Origin: Thermoleophilaceae bacterium
Lineage (GTDB): Bacteria; Actinomycetota; Thermoleophilia; Solirubrobacterales; Thermoleophilaceae
Direction of reading: 5' to 3'
NCBI GenBank assembly: GCA_040509835.1
Contig: JBEVKE010000133.1
Location: 1 to 46,776, forward strand
Length of the DNA: 46,776 nucleotides
The translations under genes were made by a program, and so were the position numbers. The notes under the pieces were generated by a model. It saw only the letters and a program-made list of their open reading frames with translations, was not told the DNA's origin and did no database searches. Below, piece by piece: positions 17,280 to 25,781 of the stretch; positions within the stretch are counted from its first letter, which is position 1, and each line of letters starts with the position of its first letter.

Positions 17280-18451
17280 GCCGTTCGTCCTCCAAGCCCA
17301 TAGAGCTCGAGGAGAGCGTCCGCGCGACGCTCCCAGCCGTATTCACGCTCCACGAGAGCCCGGGCGGCGGCGGCGATCCGCACGCGCTCGTCCGCGTCGG
17401 CGAGCAGCCTCGCGGAGGCCTCGGCGAGCGCGTCGGCTCCCTCGGCCTCGAGATAGTGGACGCGGTCCTGGGCGCCGACGATGCCGTCGATGCCGGCCCG
17501 GTTCGTGACCACCGGAGTTCCCGCCGCGAATGCCTCTAGCACCTTGTTCTTGATGCCAGATCCCGAGCTGGCGGGAAGGACCGCGACCGCGGCGCGATGC
17601 AGCTCGGCGGACATGCTCGGCACATCGGCGGCGACCTCGATGCCGTCCCGCCCCGCCAGGTCCCGCACGGCCGCGGCGGGCCGCGCCCCCGCGATGCGCA
17701 GCGAGGCCTCCGGGGCGAGCCGGCGAAGGCGCGGCAGCACCTCGAGCGCCACCAGCCGTGCCGGCGCCACGTTGTGGAAATAGCCGAGGTTGCCGAAGAA
17801 GATCGCGTTCGCCGCCCGCCGCGAGGGCTCGGCGTAGGGGAGGTCGTCGAGCGCGACCCCGTTGGGGATGACCGTCGCGCGGGCGAGTCCGGGCGACGCG
17901 AGCCTGTCGCGCTCCGAGACCACCGACGTCGTGTCGGCCGCGGCGGCCACGCGCGCCTCGTAGCGCGCCATCAGGCGCGCCTCGAGCGCGAATGCTGAGG
18001 ACGGGGGAAAGCGCGACCGGTTGGCCCGGCTCGCCATGTTCAGCGACAGCGCATCCACGAAGTCCAGGTGGACGTGCACGCCCGGCGGCGCGTGCCGCAT
18101 GTACGGCGCCATGCGCGCCAGCGTCACGTGCAGGACATCCGGCTCGAAGCCGCCCATCGCCGCGCGCACGACGTCGTGCATGCGGCCGTCGAGGTAGAGA
18201 CGCGTCTGGAGCGGGAGCAGGGGGTTCGGCGCTCGCAGGTTGGCCACGGCCGCCGGCAGCACTCCGCGCGGCACGGACCGCAATGCGACGCCCGGGAGCG
18301 AGGCGCCCGATTCGGCCCCAAAGCACACCAGCATGACGTCCGCCCGCGCCGACAACGCGCGTGCCAGGTGATACACGCGGACCTGGTCGCCGCGCGTAGG
18401 GGGCGCAGGGTTGCGCGGAGACAGCATCAGGAGGCGGGGCCGGCGGCTCAC
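17276..18451 (-). CDS. Glycosyltransferase family 4
   Basis: C-terminal GT4 motifs (SSGSGIKNKVLEAFAAGTPVVTNRAGIDGIV). The maximal ORF reaches 18529, but that N-terminal extension has atypically low GC3. The GTG at 18451 (VSRRPRLLMLSP...) or the ATG at 18427 is more plausible. Confidence 0.8.
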   Translation of the reverse strand: MSRRPRLLMLSPRNPAPPTRGDQVRVYHLARALSARADVMLVCFGAESGASLPGVALRSVPRGVLPAAVANLRAPNPLLPLQTRLYLDGRMHDVVRAAMGGFEPDVLHVTLARMAPYMRHAPPGVHVHLDFVDALSLNMASRANRSRFPPSSAFALEARLMARYEARVAAAADTTSVVSERDRLASPGLARATVIPNGVALDDLPYAEPSRRAANAIFFGNLGYFHNVAPARLVALEVLPRLRRLAPEASLRIAGARPAAAVRDLAGRDGIEVAADVPSMSAELHRAAVAVLPASSGSGIKNKVLEAFAAGTPVVTNRAGIDGIVGAQDRVHYLEAEGADALAEASARLLADADERVRIAAAARALVEREYGWERRADALLELYGLGGRTA

Positions 18452-18523
18452 CCCGGAGGTGTATCGCTTCGCACGGAGGGAAACGGTTCCGGCCGCCGCT
18501 CGTTCGGACACAATGCGCGGCTC

Positions 18524-20578
18524 GTGCACTTCTCCGGCTCATCCGCGCCGCGGCGGCAGCAGCAGCTCGTGCTGGCCCTGCCGGGGCTGATCGTCGTCGC
18601 AGGCGGCCTCCTGCTCGCCCTCGACGACGCCGGCTACCCGCCGACGATGTGGTACCCCGCGGCGCTCTTCGCGCTCGCCCTGCTCGCGGTAACCGTGATC
18701 GCGGCTCCGCCCGCGGGGCTCGGGCCCAGGGCCGTGGTGGTCGGCCTGTGCGCGTTCGCGGCGTTCGCCGTGATCGCGTATGCGTCGATCGCCTGGGCGG
18801 ATGCCCCGGGGGAGGCGTGGCACGCGGCGAACCGGATCCTGCTGTACGGGCTCGTCCTCGTGCTGGTCACGCTGCGCCCGTGGAGCACGGGCACGGCCAC
18901 AGCGGCGGTCGCGATGGTGGGGTTCGGCACGGCGCTGATCGCCGCGGGCATCCTCCTCGGCGGGGTCGTGAGCGACGATCCGGCGAACCTGTTCCAGGGC
19001 GGCCGCCTCGCCGAGCCGGCGGGATACCTGAACGCGACGGCCAACCTCTGGCTGATCGGCTTCTGGCCCGCTCTGTACCTCGCGATCCGGCGCCCATGGC
19101 CGGCCTGGGCCCGCGGCCTGGCGCTGATGGCGGCGACCGTGCTGCTCGAGATGGAGCTGCTGTCGCAGAGTCGCGGCGCCGTCATCGCCTTCGCGGCGAC
19201 CGCGCTCGTGTACGTCCTCGTAACGCCCCGCCGCTGGCCGGCGCTGTTCGCGCTCGGGGCGACGGTGGGCCTCGCGGCGCTCGCGTTCAACACCGTCGTA
19301 GACGTGCGGGACGCGGCTCAGGCCGCGGACCTGGGGCCCGCGCTCGACCACGCGGCTCGCGCGATCGCGCTCAGCGCCGCGGCCGCGTTCGTCCTCGGCC
19401 TGGCGGGCGGCCTTCTCGGCGCGAGGTCAAGGTCCGAGGTGGAGCGCCGGCCGTGGATCCCGCGTGCGGGCAACATCGCGCTCGCGGCCCTTGCCGTGGC
19501 GGGTATCGCCGCGGTCCTGCTCGTGATCGGGAACCCGAGCGACTGGGTGAACGCCCGGTGGGACGACTTCAAGAGCTCGGGCTACAGCAAGGTCGAGTCC
19601 GGGCATACCCGCTTCACCGGAGGGCTCGGGTCGAACCGCTACGACTTCTACCGCGTCGCGCTCGACCAGTTCGCCGACCACCCGGTCCTCGGCGTGGGCG
19701 GCGACAACTTCGCCGACGCGTACCTGCTGCACCGGCGCACGCTCGAGGCGCCGCGGCATCCACACAGCCTGGCGTTCCGCCTCCTGTCCCAGTACGGCGC
19801 GGTCGGGACCGCGGTGTTCCTCCTCTTCCTGGGCGGGTTCGTGACCGCGGTACTGCGCGCTCGCCGACGAAACAGCGTGGAGGGCGCCGCGCTCGTGGCG
19901 GCGGCCTTCGCATCCTTTGCCGCCTTCTTTTTCCACGCCCTCGTCGACTGGCTGTGGGCGTTCCCCGCCCTGGGAGTGCTCGCCTTCGCGATGCTCGGCA
20001 TCGCAAGCCGGACGGAGGAGGGTGCGGTCGAATCCGCCCCCGGCCGGCCACTTCCCTTCGTCGCGCGGGCCGCCTTCGGGGTCGCGACGCTGGCGGCCGC
20101 CGTGAGCCTCGCTCTGCCTGGGGTGGCGGCGCGCTACACGGCCTCCGCGTACGACCACTTCAGGGAGAATCCCGAGACCGCGATCGACCAGCTCGAGCGT
20201 GCCGCCGACCTCGACCCCCTGAGCGACGAACCGCTCGTCGCCGAGGGCGTCATCCAGCAGCGGCTCGGCCATCCCGACCGCGCGATCGACCCGCTGCGCC
20301 GTGCCGTCGAGCGCCGGCCCGGAAACTGGTTCGCGCACCTGGAGCTGGGCCTCGCCGAGTCCGCAACCGGGCACACACGCGCTGCGCTCGCGAGCCTGAG
20401 GGAGGCCACCAGCCTCAACCCGCGCCAGCCGCTGGCACGGAGGACCTACCGTCAGGTGCGCGCCGGCCGCCACATCGACGCCGCGGCCGTCGAGCGGAGG
20501 CTCTATCTCGGCCTCCAGGCACGGCTGCGTGCGACCGATCCAGACGCTGCGTCACACTCTGAGACGGATCAGCCTTAG
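18524..20578 (+). CDS. Wzy_C (O-antigen ligase / O-antigen polymerase superfamily) polytopic membrane protein with a C-terminal TPR domain
   Basis: The track ORF starts at 18068 but is antisense to the GT4 gene there. The first plausible starts are the GTG at 18524 or 18569, or the ATG at 18647. Multiple TM segments. Wzy_C-like loop LEMELLSQSRGAVIAFAATALVY. HPHSLAFRLLSQYG follows the periplasmic loop. The last ~140 aa are TPR-like (AIDQLERAADLDPLSDEPL...RAVERRPGNWFAHLELGLA...LREATSLNPRQP). Confidence 0.75.
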   Translation: MHFSGSSAPRRQQQLVLALPGLIVVAGGLLLALDDAGYPPTMWYPAALFALALLAVTVIAAPPAGLGPRAVVVGLCAFAAFAVIAYASIAWADAPGEAWHAANRILLYGLVLVLVTLRPWSTGTATAAVAMVGFGTALIAAGILLGGVVSDDPANLFQGGRLAEPAGYLNATANLWLIGFWPALYLAIRRPWPAWARGLALMAATVLLEMELLSQSRGAVIAFAATALVYVLVTPRRWPALFALGATVGLAALAFNTVVDVRDAAQAADLGPALDHAARAIALSAAAAFVLGLAGGLLGARSRSEVERRPWIPRAGNIALAALAVAGIAAVLLVIGNPSDWVNARWDDFKSSGYSKVESGHTRFTGGLGSNRYDFYRVALDQFADHPVLGVGGDNFADAYLLHRRTLEAPRHPHSLAFRLLSQYGAVGTAVFLLFLGGFVTAVLRARRRNSVEGAALVAAAFASFAAFFFHALVDWLWAFPALGVLAFAMLGIASRTEEGAVESAPGRPLPFVARAAFGVATLAAAVSLALPGVAARYTASAYDHFRENPETAIDQLERAADLDPLSDEPLVAEGVIQQRLGHPDRAIDPLRRAVERRPGNWFAHLELGLAESATGHTRAALASLREATSLNPRQPLARRTYRQVRAGRHIDAAAVERRLYLGLQARLRATDPDAASHSETDQP

Positions 20579-20594
20579 GAACCTGCGCAATTAT

Positions 20595-20667
20595 GGAATC
20601 TCCCGCTTAGAGTGTGAGATTCCGGGGTACCTAAGATCGGAATCTTCACGATGTTCGCAAGAATCCG
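20595..20667. promoter_or_regulatory. Two tandem inverted repeats built on GGAATCT (GGAATCTC-N13-GAGATTCC and CGGAATCTT-N12-AAGAATCCG) in an AT-rich intergenic island
   Basis: Read directly: arms at 20595..20602/20616..20623 (perfect 8 bp) and 20638..20646/20659..20667 (8 of 9 bp). The second repeat overlaps a possible -35 TTCGCA (20654..20659), with a -10 TACTCT (20678..20683) 18 nt downstream. Confidence 0.4.
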
Positions 20668-20781
20668 ACAGTGCCTGTACTCTCGGAGAGGACTCGCTGG
20701 CAAGGGGCCCGCGCCAGTCCCGAACCCCAAATCTCGAGGGCCCAGGACACAAGGGTTCGCGTTAAGGAGGACACCATCAGC

Positions 20782-21075
20782 ATGACAATCAAGACAAAGA
20801 CCCGGCTGGCTGGCGCAATCTGCGCGTTGGCAGTCGCGGGACTGGCCCCCGCGGCTCAGGCCCAGACCGCCGCGCAGCAGGGGTACGACGAGAGCGGCCT
20901 TCTGGGTAGCGTGGATCAGGGTGGCAGCGGACCGACCCAGAGCGTCAGCGGGAGCACCCAGGGTGGGTCGCTTCCGTTCACCGGGCTCGATCTCGGCATT
21001 CTCGTGGCGCTTGGCGGCACGGCGGCCGGTGCCGGGTACATGATGCGGCGCACGCTCCGCAACCCGGCTCAGTAG
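20782..21075 (+). CDS. Minimal LPXTG-type (LPFTG) cell-wall-anchored protein, 97 aa
   Basis: AAGGAGG RBS (20764..20770) upstream of the ATG at 20782. Signal peptide MTIKTKTRLAGAICALAVAGLAPAAQA, a Gly/Ser/Thr/Gln-rich ~37-aa stub, then LPFTG + LDLGILVALGGTAAGAGYMM + RRTLR, a canonical sortase sorting signal. Confidence 0.8.
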   Translation: MTIKTKTRLAGAICALAVAGLAPAAQAQTAAQQGYDESGLLGSVDQGGSGPTQSVSGSTQGGSLPFTGLDLGILVALGGTAAGAGYMMRRTLRNPAQ

Positions 21076-21103
21076 CCGAAGCACCCCAAACAGTCTGGTC
21101 GTG

Positions 21104-21130
21104 AAGGCCGCCCGGTGGGCGGCCTTTTCG
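21104..21130. terminator. Intrinsic terminator hairpin between convergent genes
   Basis: AAGGCCGCCC-GGT-GGGCGGCCTT (a perfect 10-bp stem) followed by TTTTCGTTT on the + strand. It lies between the LPFTG gene stop (21075) and the stop of the minus-strand phosphotransferase gene (21140). Confidence 0.75.
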
Positions 21131-21139
21131 TTTCCGGAC

Positions 21140-22618
21140 TCAGACCGACGCCGCGTCGGCCCAGTCGTCCACCCCGGTGGAGAGCGCCTCCGGCGGCGGG
21201 GGAAGCGGGTCGTAGCCGTGGATGAACGACACCCACTTGGGCTCGATGGAGTAGCGGCGATCGGCGAACACCGTGCGGAAGGTCTCGCCGATTATCGCGA
21301 GGTCGAACGCCATCGAACGGTGCTTGAGGTAGTAGAGGTCGTGCGACAGCTTCCACGCTGATCCCACGTCCGATCCCGCGTACCCGCATCGCACCTGCGC
21401 CCACCCGGTGAGGCCCGGCTTGAGGAGGTGACGGCGCTGATAGAAGGGGAGGACCTCCTCGAGCTGCTGGACGAATTCCGGCTGCTCGGGGCGCGGGCCG
21501 ACGAGGCTCATCTCCCCGCGCAGGATGTTGTACAGCTGCGGCAGCTCGTCGAAGTGGGTCCTGCGCAGAATGCGGCCGACCCGGGTCACGCGCGGGTCGT
21601 CGGGGTCGGCCCACTGCGCGCTCGGATCCGCGACCCTCATGGTGCGGAGCTTCCACAGCGTAAGCGTGCGGCCGGCCTCGCCGATGCGGGACTGCTTGAA
21701 AAAGACGGGGCCGCCATCCAGCTTGATCGCGAGGGCGCTCAGGAGAATGAGCGGCGCGGTGGCAAAGGCGGCAATCGTGGAGACGACGATGTCCACAGCG
21801 CGCTTCGATGCCGGAGCCACGGTCCGGAACTTCGGGTGCATGATGTACTGGAACCAGGCCGCGTTGATCTCGGCCACCGGCACGTGACCGAAGATGTCCT
21901 CGTAGAACGAGGACAGCTCCCAGAGGCGCACGGGCAGGTGGAGGCAGGTGGTCGATAGCTCCTCGAAGACGCTGAAGCGCGGCGCTTCGCTCGTGAGGAC
22001 AAGCAGGTCGATGTCATTCGTCTCGATCACGTCGGCAAGGCCGCCCAGCGCGCCTAGCGTCGGCACCTCGCCGTCCACGCGCGAGGGGCCGGCCGCGATC
22101 GCGATTCGACCCACCACCTGATACCCCGGGATGCCCACCAGGGCCAGCTCGCGCGCGACGTCCGTGGCGTTGCGCTGCGAGCCGATGATCGCGGTCCGCA
22201 GCGGGCCCTGGCGCGTGCTTCCGCCCGACAGGGAGCACGCGACGGAGGCGGAGGCCGCCGCGGTGGCTACAAGAATCATCTCGGCGGTCGAGAGCCCCGG
22301 CAGGCCGGTGACGGCGTTCACGAGCGTCAGCGCGCAGATACCGAGCAGCGGTGACAGCACCACCAGCGGGTTGCGCATGAGCGGGAGCAGGTTGGCCCAT
22401 GCCCGTCGCTCCGGCACGACGAACGCCGCGCACGCAAACGCGAGCGTGGTCAGCACCACGGCCTCGAAGGCCTCTTCGGCGAGCAGCCCCGCCGTGAGCG
22501 CGGCAACCGCCGGCACCAGCACGCGCTCCGAGAGCAGCGGACCCCTTTGGGCCGCGCGTCTGGGCGCGTGAACCGCGTGCAGCGGCCCGTCCGTCGTGCT
22601 GTCGGTGATGAGGCCCAT
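21140..22618 (-). CDS. Polyprenyl-phosphate sugar-1-phosphate transferase (WbaP/CpsE-type priming glycosyltransferase)
   Basis: 492 aa with N-terminal TM segments and a central Rossmann-like domain. C-terminal bacterial sugar transferase domain: FKQSRIGEAGRTLTLWKLRTM...DELPQLYNILRGEMSLVGPRPE...KPGLTGWAQV. Confidence 0.9.
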   Translation of the reverse strand: MGLITDSTTDGPLHAVHAPRRAAQRGPLLSERVLVPAVAALTAGLLAEEAFEAVVLTTLAFACAAFVVPERRAWANLLPLMRNPLVVLSPLLGICALTLVNAVTGLPGLSTAEMILVATAAASASVACSLSGGSTRQGPLRTAIIGSQRNATDVARELALVGIPGYQVVGRIAIAAGPSRVDGEVPTLGALGGLADVIETNDIDLLVLTSEAPRFSVFEELSTTCLHLPVRLWELSSFYEDIFGHVPVAEINAAWFQYIMHPKFRTVAPASKRAVDIVVSTIAAFATAPLILLSALAIKLDGGPVFFKQSRIGEAGRTLTLWKLRTMRVADPSAQWADPDDPRVTRVGRILRRTHFDELPQLYNILRGEMSLVGPRPEQPEFVQQLEEVLPFYQRRHLLKPGLTGWAQVRCGYAGSDVGSAWKLSHDLYYLKHRSMAFDLAIIGETFRTVFADRRYSIEPKWVSFIHGYDPLPPPPEALSTGVDDWADAASV

Positions 22619-22634
22619 CAGGAATTAGTCGGCA

Positions 22635-24092
22635 TCACGTAGGCCGTCCATGAACGGCCCAGGCCCCCGCCGATGCACGTCGATGATAAACGCGGTCCGG
22701 ACGCTCCGCCATTGGCAACCGTACCGCTACCCCGTACATGATCGGTCCAAGCGCGAGCAGGAGCCAGAAGCGCACGTCGTTGCCGTCCGAGAGGAAGAAC
22801 GAGGCCGCCGCGAAGGCGATTATTCCCACCAGGCATCCGCGCGCCAGGTTCGCCATGTCGCGGTCGCTTTTCAGGTCGAACAGCCGCCCGGCACGCCATG
22901 CCGAGCGCGCGCAGCCGAGGACCAGGAGGATCCACAGGATCGCCCCGATGAACCCAGTCTCCGCGAGGAACTGGAGGTAGACGTTGTGCGCCACATGCGG
23001 CTTCTCCGCGATGTTGTGGACCAGCTCCAGCTTGCCCGGCTCGAGCGTGTACTTCGGTGCCTGCTCCACGAAGTTGTCGAGGCCCACGCCGTTGACCGGA
23101 TGGTCCTCCGCGATCCGCCACGCGACGGTCCACAGCGCGGTGCGGCCGGTGCCCGACGAGTCGAACTCGGAGATTCGCTGCCACGCGTGCGGGTTGAAGG
23201 AGAACCAGATCGCCGCAACGGCCACAAGCGTTCCGATCGTGATCGCGACCTGCGCCCGTCGTCCGGAGAAGAACAGGAGCGCGGCAACCGTCGCGATGCC
23301 GGCGGCCACCAGCGCGCCGCGTGACTCCGTGGCGGCGACCGTCACGGTCAGGACGCCCATCGACGCGACGAGCAGCAGATTGGCAACGGGGTGGCGCGGC
23401 CGCAGCAGGCCCGTGGCAAGGACGATCGCCGCGACCATCCCGGCGGCCACGTAGTTGGGGTCGTCGAGGAGCGACCCGAACCGCTGTCTGTCGGCCGCGG
23501 CCAGCGCGAGCGAATCCGACGAGGTGCTGAGCGATTGGCCGAGGATCCCGATCAGCGCGGAGAGCAGGGCTCCGACCACGAGCATCGCGACGAACAGTCG
23601 CGCCTGCCGCGGCGTCGAGATCGTCGTGACCGACACCAGGAAGGCGATACCGGCGAGCCACCACTGCCAGAGGTGGGCGATGCCGTTCTCGGGGTGAAGC
23701 GCCCAGCTCACCGAGAGGGTGATCCAGGTGAGGAGCACGAGCCCGAGCAGGATCAGGCGCCGGTGGAGCGCGAGGAGCGTCCGCGTCGCGGCGCCGCGCG
23801 CGCGCAGCGACGGCAACCAGGCGAGCAGGATCACCGCGGCGCCGGCCGTGGGCGCCGCCCCGACAAAGCCGAGCGGAGGGAGGAACGCGAACGGCACCCA
23901 GAGGATCACCGCGGCGGGCAGGTTGAGCACCGCCGGAATCACGAACAGCATTCCGAGCAGCAGCGCGGTGGCCTTCTGCAGACCCACGGCGGCGAACGCG
24001 GCGCAGACGGCGAGCAGGCCGAGGCCGAGCACGGTCAGCACCGCGGCCGGCGGGAAGGTCACGGCGGGTTGCCGCAGAGCGCGGGTTGTCAC
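22635..24092 (-). CDS. Wzy-type O-antigen/EPS polymerase (Wzy_C family) membrane protein
   Basis: Polytopic protein with a TESRGALVAAGIATVAALLFF loop motif and HPVNGVGLDNF...HVAHNVYLQFLAETG. Start set at the GTG at 24092, 2 nt after the upstream stop. The track ORF extends to 24245 and would overlap the kinase gene by about 150 bp. Confidence 0.8.
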   Translation of the reverse strand: MTTRALRQPAVTFPPAAVLTVLGLGLLAVCAAFAAVGLQKATALLLGMLFVIPAVLNLPAAVILWVPFAFLPPLGFVGAAPTAGAAVILLAWLPSLRARGAATRTLLALHRRLILLGLVLLTWITLSVSWALHPENGIAHLWQWWLAGIAFLVSVTTISTPRQARLFVAMLVVGALLSALIGILGQSLSTSSDSLALAAADRQRFGSLLDDPNYVAAGMVAAIVLATGLLRPRHPVANLLLVASMGVLTVTVAATESRGALVAAGIATVAALLFFSGRRAQVAITIGTLVAVAAIWFSFNPHAWQRISEFDSSGTGRTALWTVAWRIAEDHPVNGVGLDNFVEQAPKYTLEPGKLELVHNIAEKPHVAHNVYLQFLAETGFIGAILWILLVLGCARSAWRAGRLFDLKSDRDMANLARGCLVGIIAFAAASFFLSDGNDVRFWLLLALGPIMYGVAVRLPMAERPDRVYHRRASAGAWAVHGRPT

Positions 24093-24093
24093 G

Positions 24094-25641
24094 TCAGTGC
24101 GTGGAGCGCGTGGTCCGCTCGGGCACGGGCTCTTCGACGAACAGCTCGCGGCGCCGGTGGTGGCCGTACGCGTAGTAGCTGCTGGTCTGACCCGGGGTGT
24201 CGCCGACCACCAGGAAGCCCGCCGGATCGGTCCCTGTCCTGGCAAGCAGGTCGGCTGTCGTCGACAGGCCGACGCGATCCGAATTGCCGGGCCGGACGAC
24301 GATCACCACCTCGTCGACGAAGCCGAGCAGCCGCAGCGCGTCGCTGATCTCGCCGAGCGGCGGCGTGTCGATGATCACGTGATCGGCGAGGCTGCGCGCC
24401 TCAGCAACGAGCTGCGGAAGCCGGGCGTAGAGCGGGTCGAGGAGTATGGCGTCGCCCTGCAGGAGCTCCGTCGCGAGGACCGACACCGAGGGCAGCGAAG
24501 GCGCGGTGCGGAGCAGGGGGACGAGGTGATCCGGCGACAGGAGCTCGTTCAGGTGCACCGGGTCCGGCACCGCCAGCCGGTGTGCCACGTCAGCTTTCCT
24601 GAGGTCCAGATCGAGCAGGATGACGCGCTCGCCCGAGGCGGCCAGCGTGGCAGCCAGGTTGATCGCCGACGTGGTCTTGCCGTCTCCCGTGGAAGCACTA
24701 GTGACCATGAGGACGCGGCCGCCCTCATGGCTGCTGGGCGGCAGCTGGAGCAGGAGCGTGCGGCACGCCTCGCGAACCGCGGGCGCGACCGTCCACGCGT
24801 CCGTCGGGCGCGCGCGGCCGAGCTGCCGGCGTTGAAGCGGCACGCGTGCGAGTACCGGGAGCGGCAGGATGGACAGCGCTTCGTCCTCGTCCCGAATGCG
24901 CCGGTCGAGCAGCTCGAGCAGCACCGCGGCCGCGGCTCCGAGCGCGAGGCCGGCGAAGCCGGCGAGGACCAGGATGACCAGCGGGCTGGCGCCCGATGGC
25001 GAGGTCGGCACCTCGGCCGCCTGCGAGATCGAGAGCGTCGGGTCGTTGCCGGTGCCCACGTTCTCGAGCTGGTTGATGCGGTCCTCGAGCTGCGCCCCTG
25101 CCTCGGTGTTCGTCGATCCAAGCGCCTTCTGACGGGACTTGAGCTGGTCGAGCAGCGGGCCGACGTCGCGGTCGAGCACGTCGCGCCGAACCGCCAGCGT
25201 CTGTTTCGTGAAGGTGTTCGCGAGCTTGGCGGCCGTCTCTGCGTCGCCCGCGGACCCGGTCACGGCGAGGATGTTGCTCTCGCCCACGGGCTCGACGGTC
25301 ACGGCGTCCATCACCTGCTGGGTGGTCCAGTCCGGTCCAAGGATCTTCGCGGTCCGGCGCGCCGCCTCCGGCGACTCGACGAGGCTCGCGGCGGTCTGGA
25401 CGGTGCGCGTGGGGTCACCCGAGTCGCGCAGGAGCTGGAGTCCCCGGAAGGTCTGATCGTCCTGTGGCAGCGGGGTGACCAGTAGGTTCGCTGTGGCCTC
25501 ATACGAGGGATTCCGCCCCACGGCGAGCCACAGGAGGGCGAGCACGACGAAGCCGACCGTGGTCAGGACGACCAGCAGCCTGTGCGCACGCAGCGCACGC
25601 AGGTATGGACCAAGCGCGGGCTCGGCCGTGGGAGGATGCAT
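24094..25641 (-). CDS. Polysaccharide co-polymerase (Wzz domain) fused to a BY-type tyrosine autokinase
   Basis: N-terminal TM + Wzz-like periplasmic coiled region + second TM. Kinase domain with Walker A (VTSASTGDGKTTSAINLA), ILLDLDLRKA, and a C-terminal Tyr cluster (SSYYAYGHH). Start set at the ATG at 25641, because the upstream in-frame extension to 25749 has low GC3 (GAT, ACT, GGA, GAA, CAA, TAT). Confidence 0.85.
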   Translation of the reverse strand: MHPPTAEPALGPYLRALRAHRLLVVLTTVGFVVLALLWLAVGRNPSYEATANLLVTPLPQDDQTFRGLQLLRDSGDPTRTVQTAASLVESPEAARRTAKILGPDWTTQQVMDAVTVEPVGESNILAVTGSAGDAETAAKLANTFTKQTLAVRRDVLDRDVGPLLDQLKSRQKALGSTNTEAGAQLEDRINQLENVGTGNDPTLSISQAAEVPTSPSGASPLVILVLAGFAGLALGAAAAVLLELLDRRIRDEDEALSILPLPVLARVPLQRRQLGRARPTDAWTVAPAVREACRTLLLQLPPSSHEGGRVLMVTSASTGDGKTTSAINLAATLAASGERVILLDLDLRKADVAHRLAVPDPVHLNELLSPDHLVPLLRTAPSLPSVSVLATELLQGDAILLDPLYARLPQLVAEARSLADHVIIDTPPLGEISDALRLLGFVDEVVIVVRPGNSDRVGLSTTADLLARTGTDPAGFLVVGDTPGQTSSYYAYGHHRRRELFVEEPVPERTTRSTH

Positions 25642-25781
25642 CGACTGGCCTGAGGCGGGCTGCAAGCTCCGGTGAGTGTAGAGGCGGGGATAGCCGTTTT
25701 GCTCCAGCTTGCGGTGCGCTTCCATGGGTCCAGTATCGGCAGCCGGCACCCGCGCCTTTGATACAAGCCGCTTGTTCAGGC

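Noticed and set aside
18068-18523. Upstream part of the 836-aa ORF preceding the Wzy_C/TPR protein.
   Set aside because: It is antisense to the GT4 gene (17276..18451) and encodes Arg/His-rich low-complexity sequence. The first TM helix of the real protein starts after 18524.
20529-20765. 78-aa plus-strand ORF spanning the AT-rich island upstream of the LPFTG gene.
   Set aside because: It overlaps the 3' end of the Wzy_C/TPR gene in another frame. It has atypical codon usage for this genome and no RBS. The region is better explained as regulatory DNA.
24093-24245. N-terminal extension of the Wzy ORF, overlapping the BY-kinase gene by about 150 bp.
   Set aside because: A GTG at 24092, 2 nt after the kinase stop, gives a normal coupled arrangement. 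The extension is hydrophilic Arg/Pro-rich sequence.
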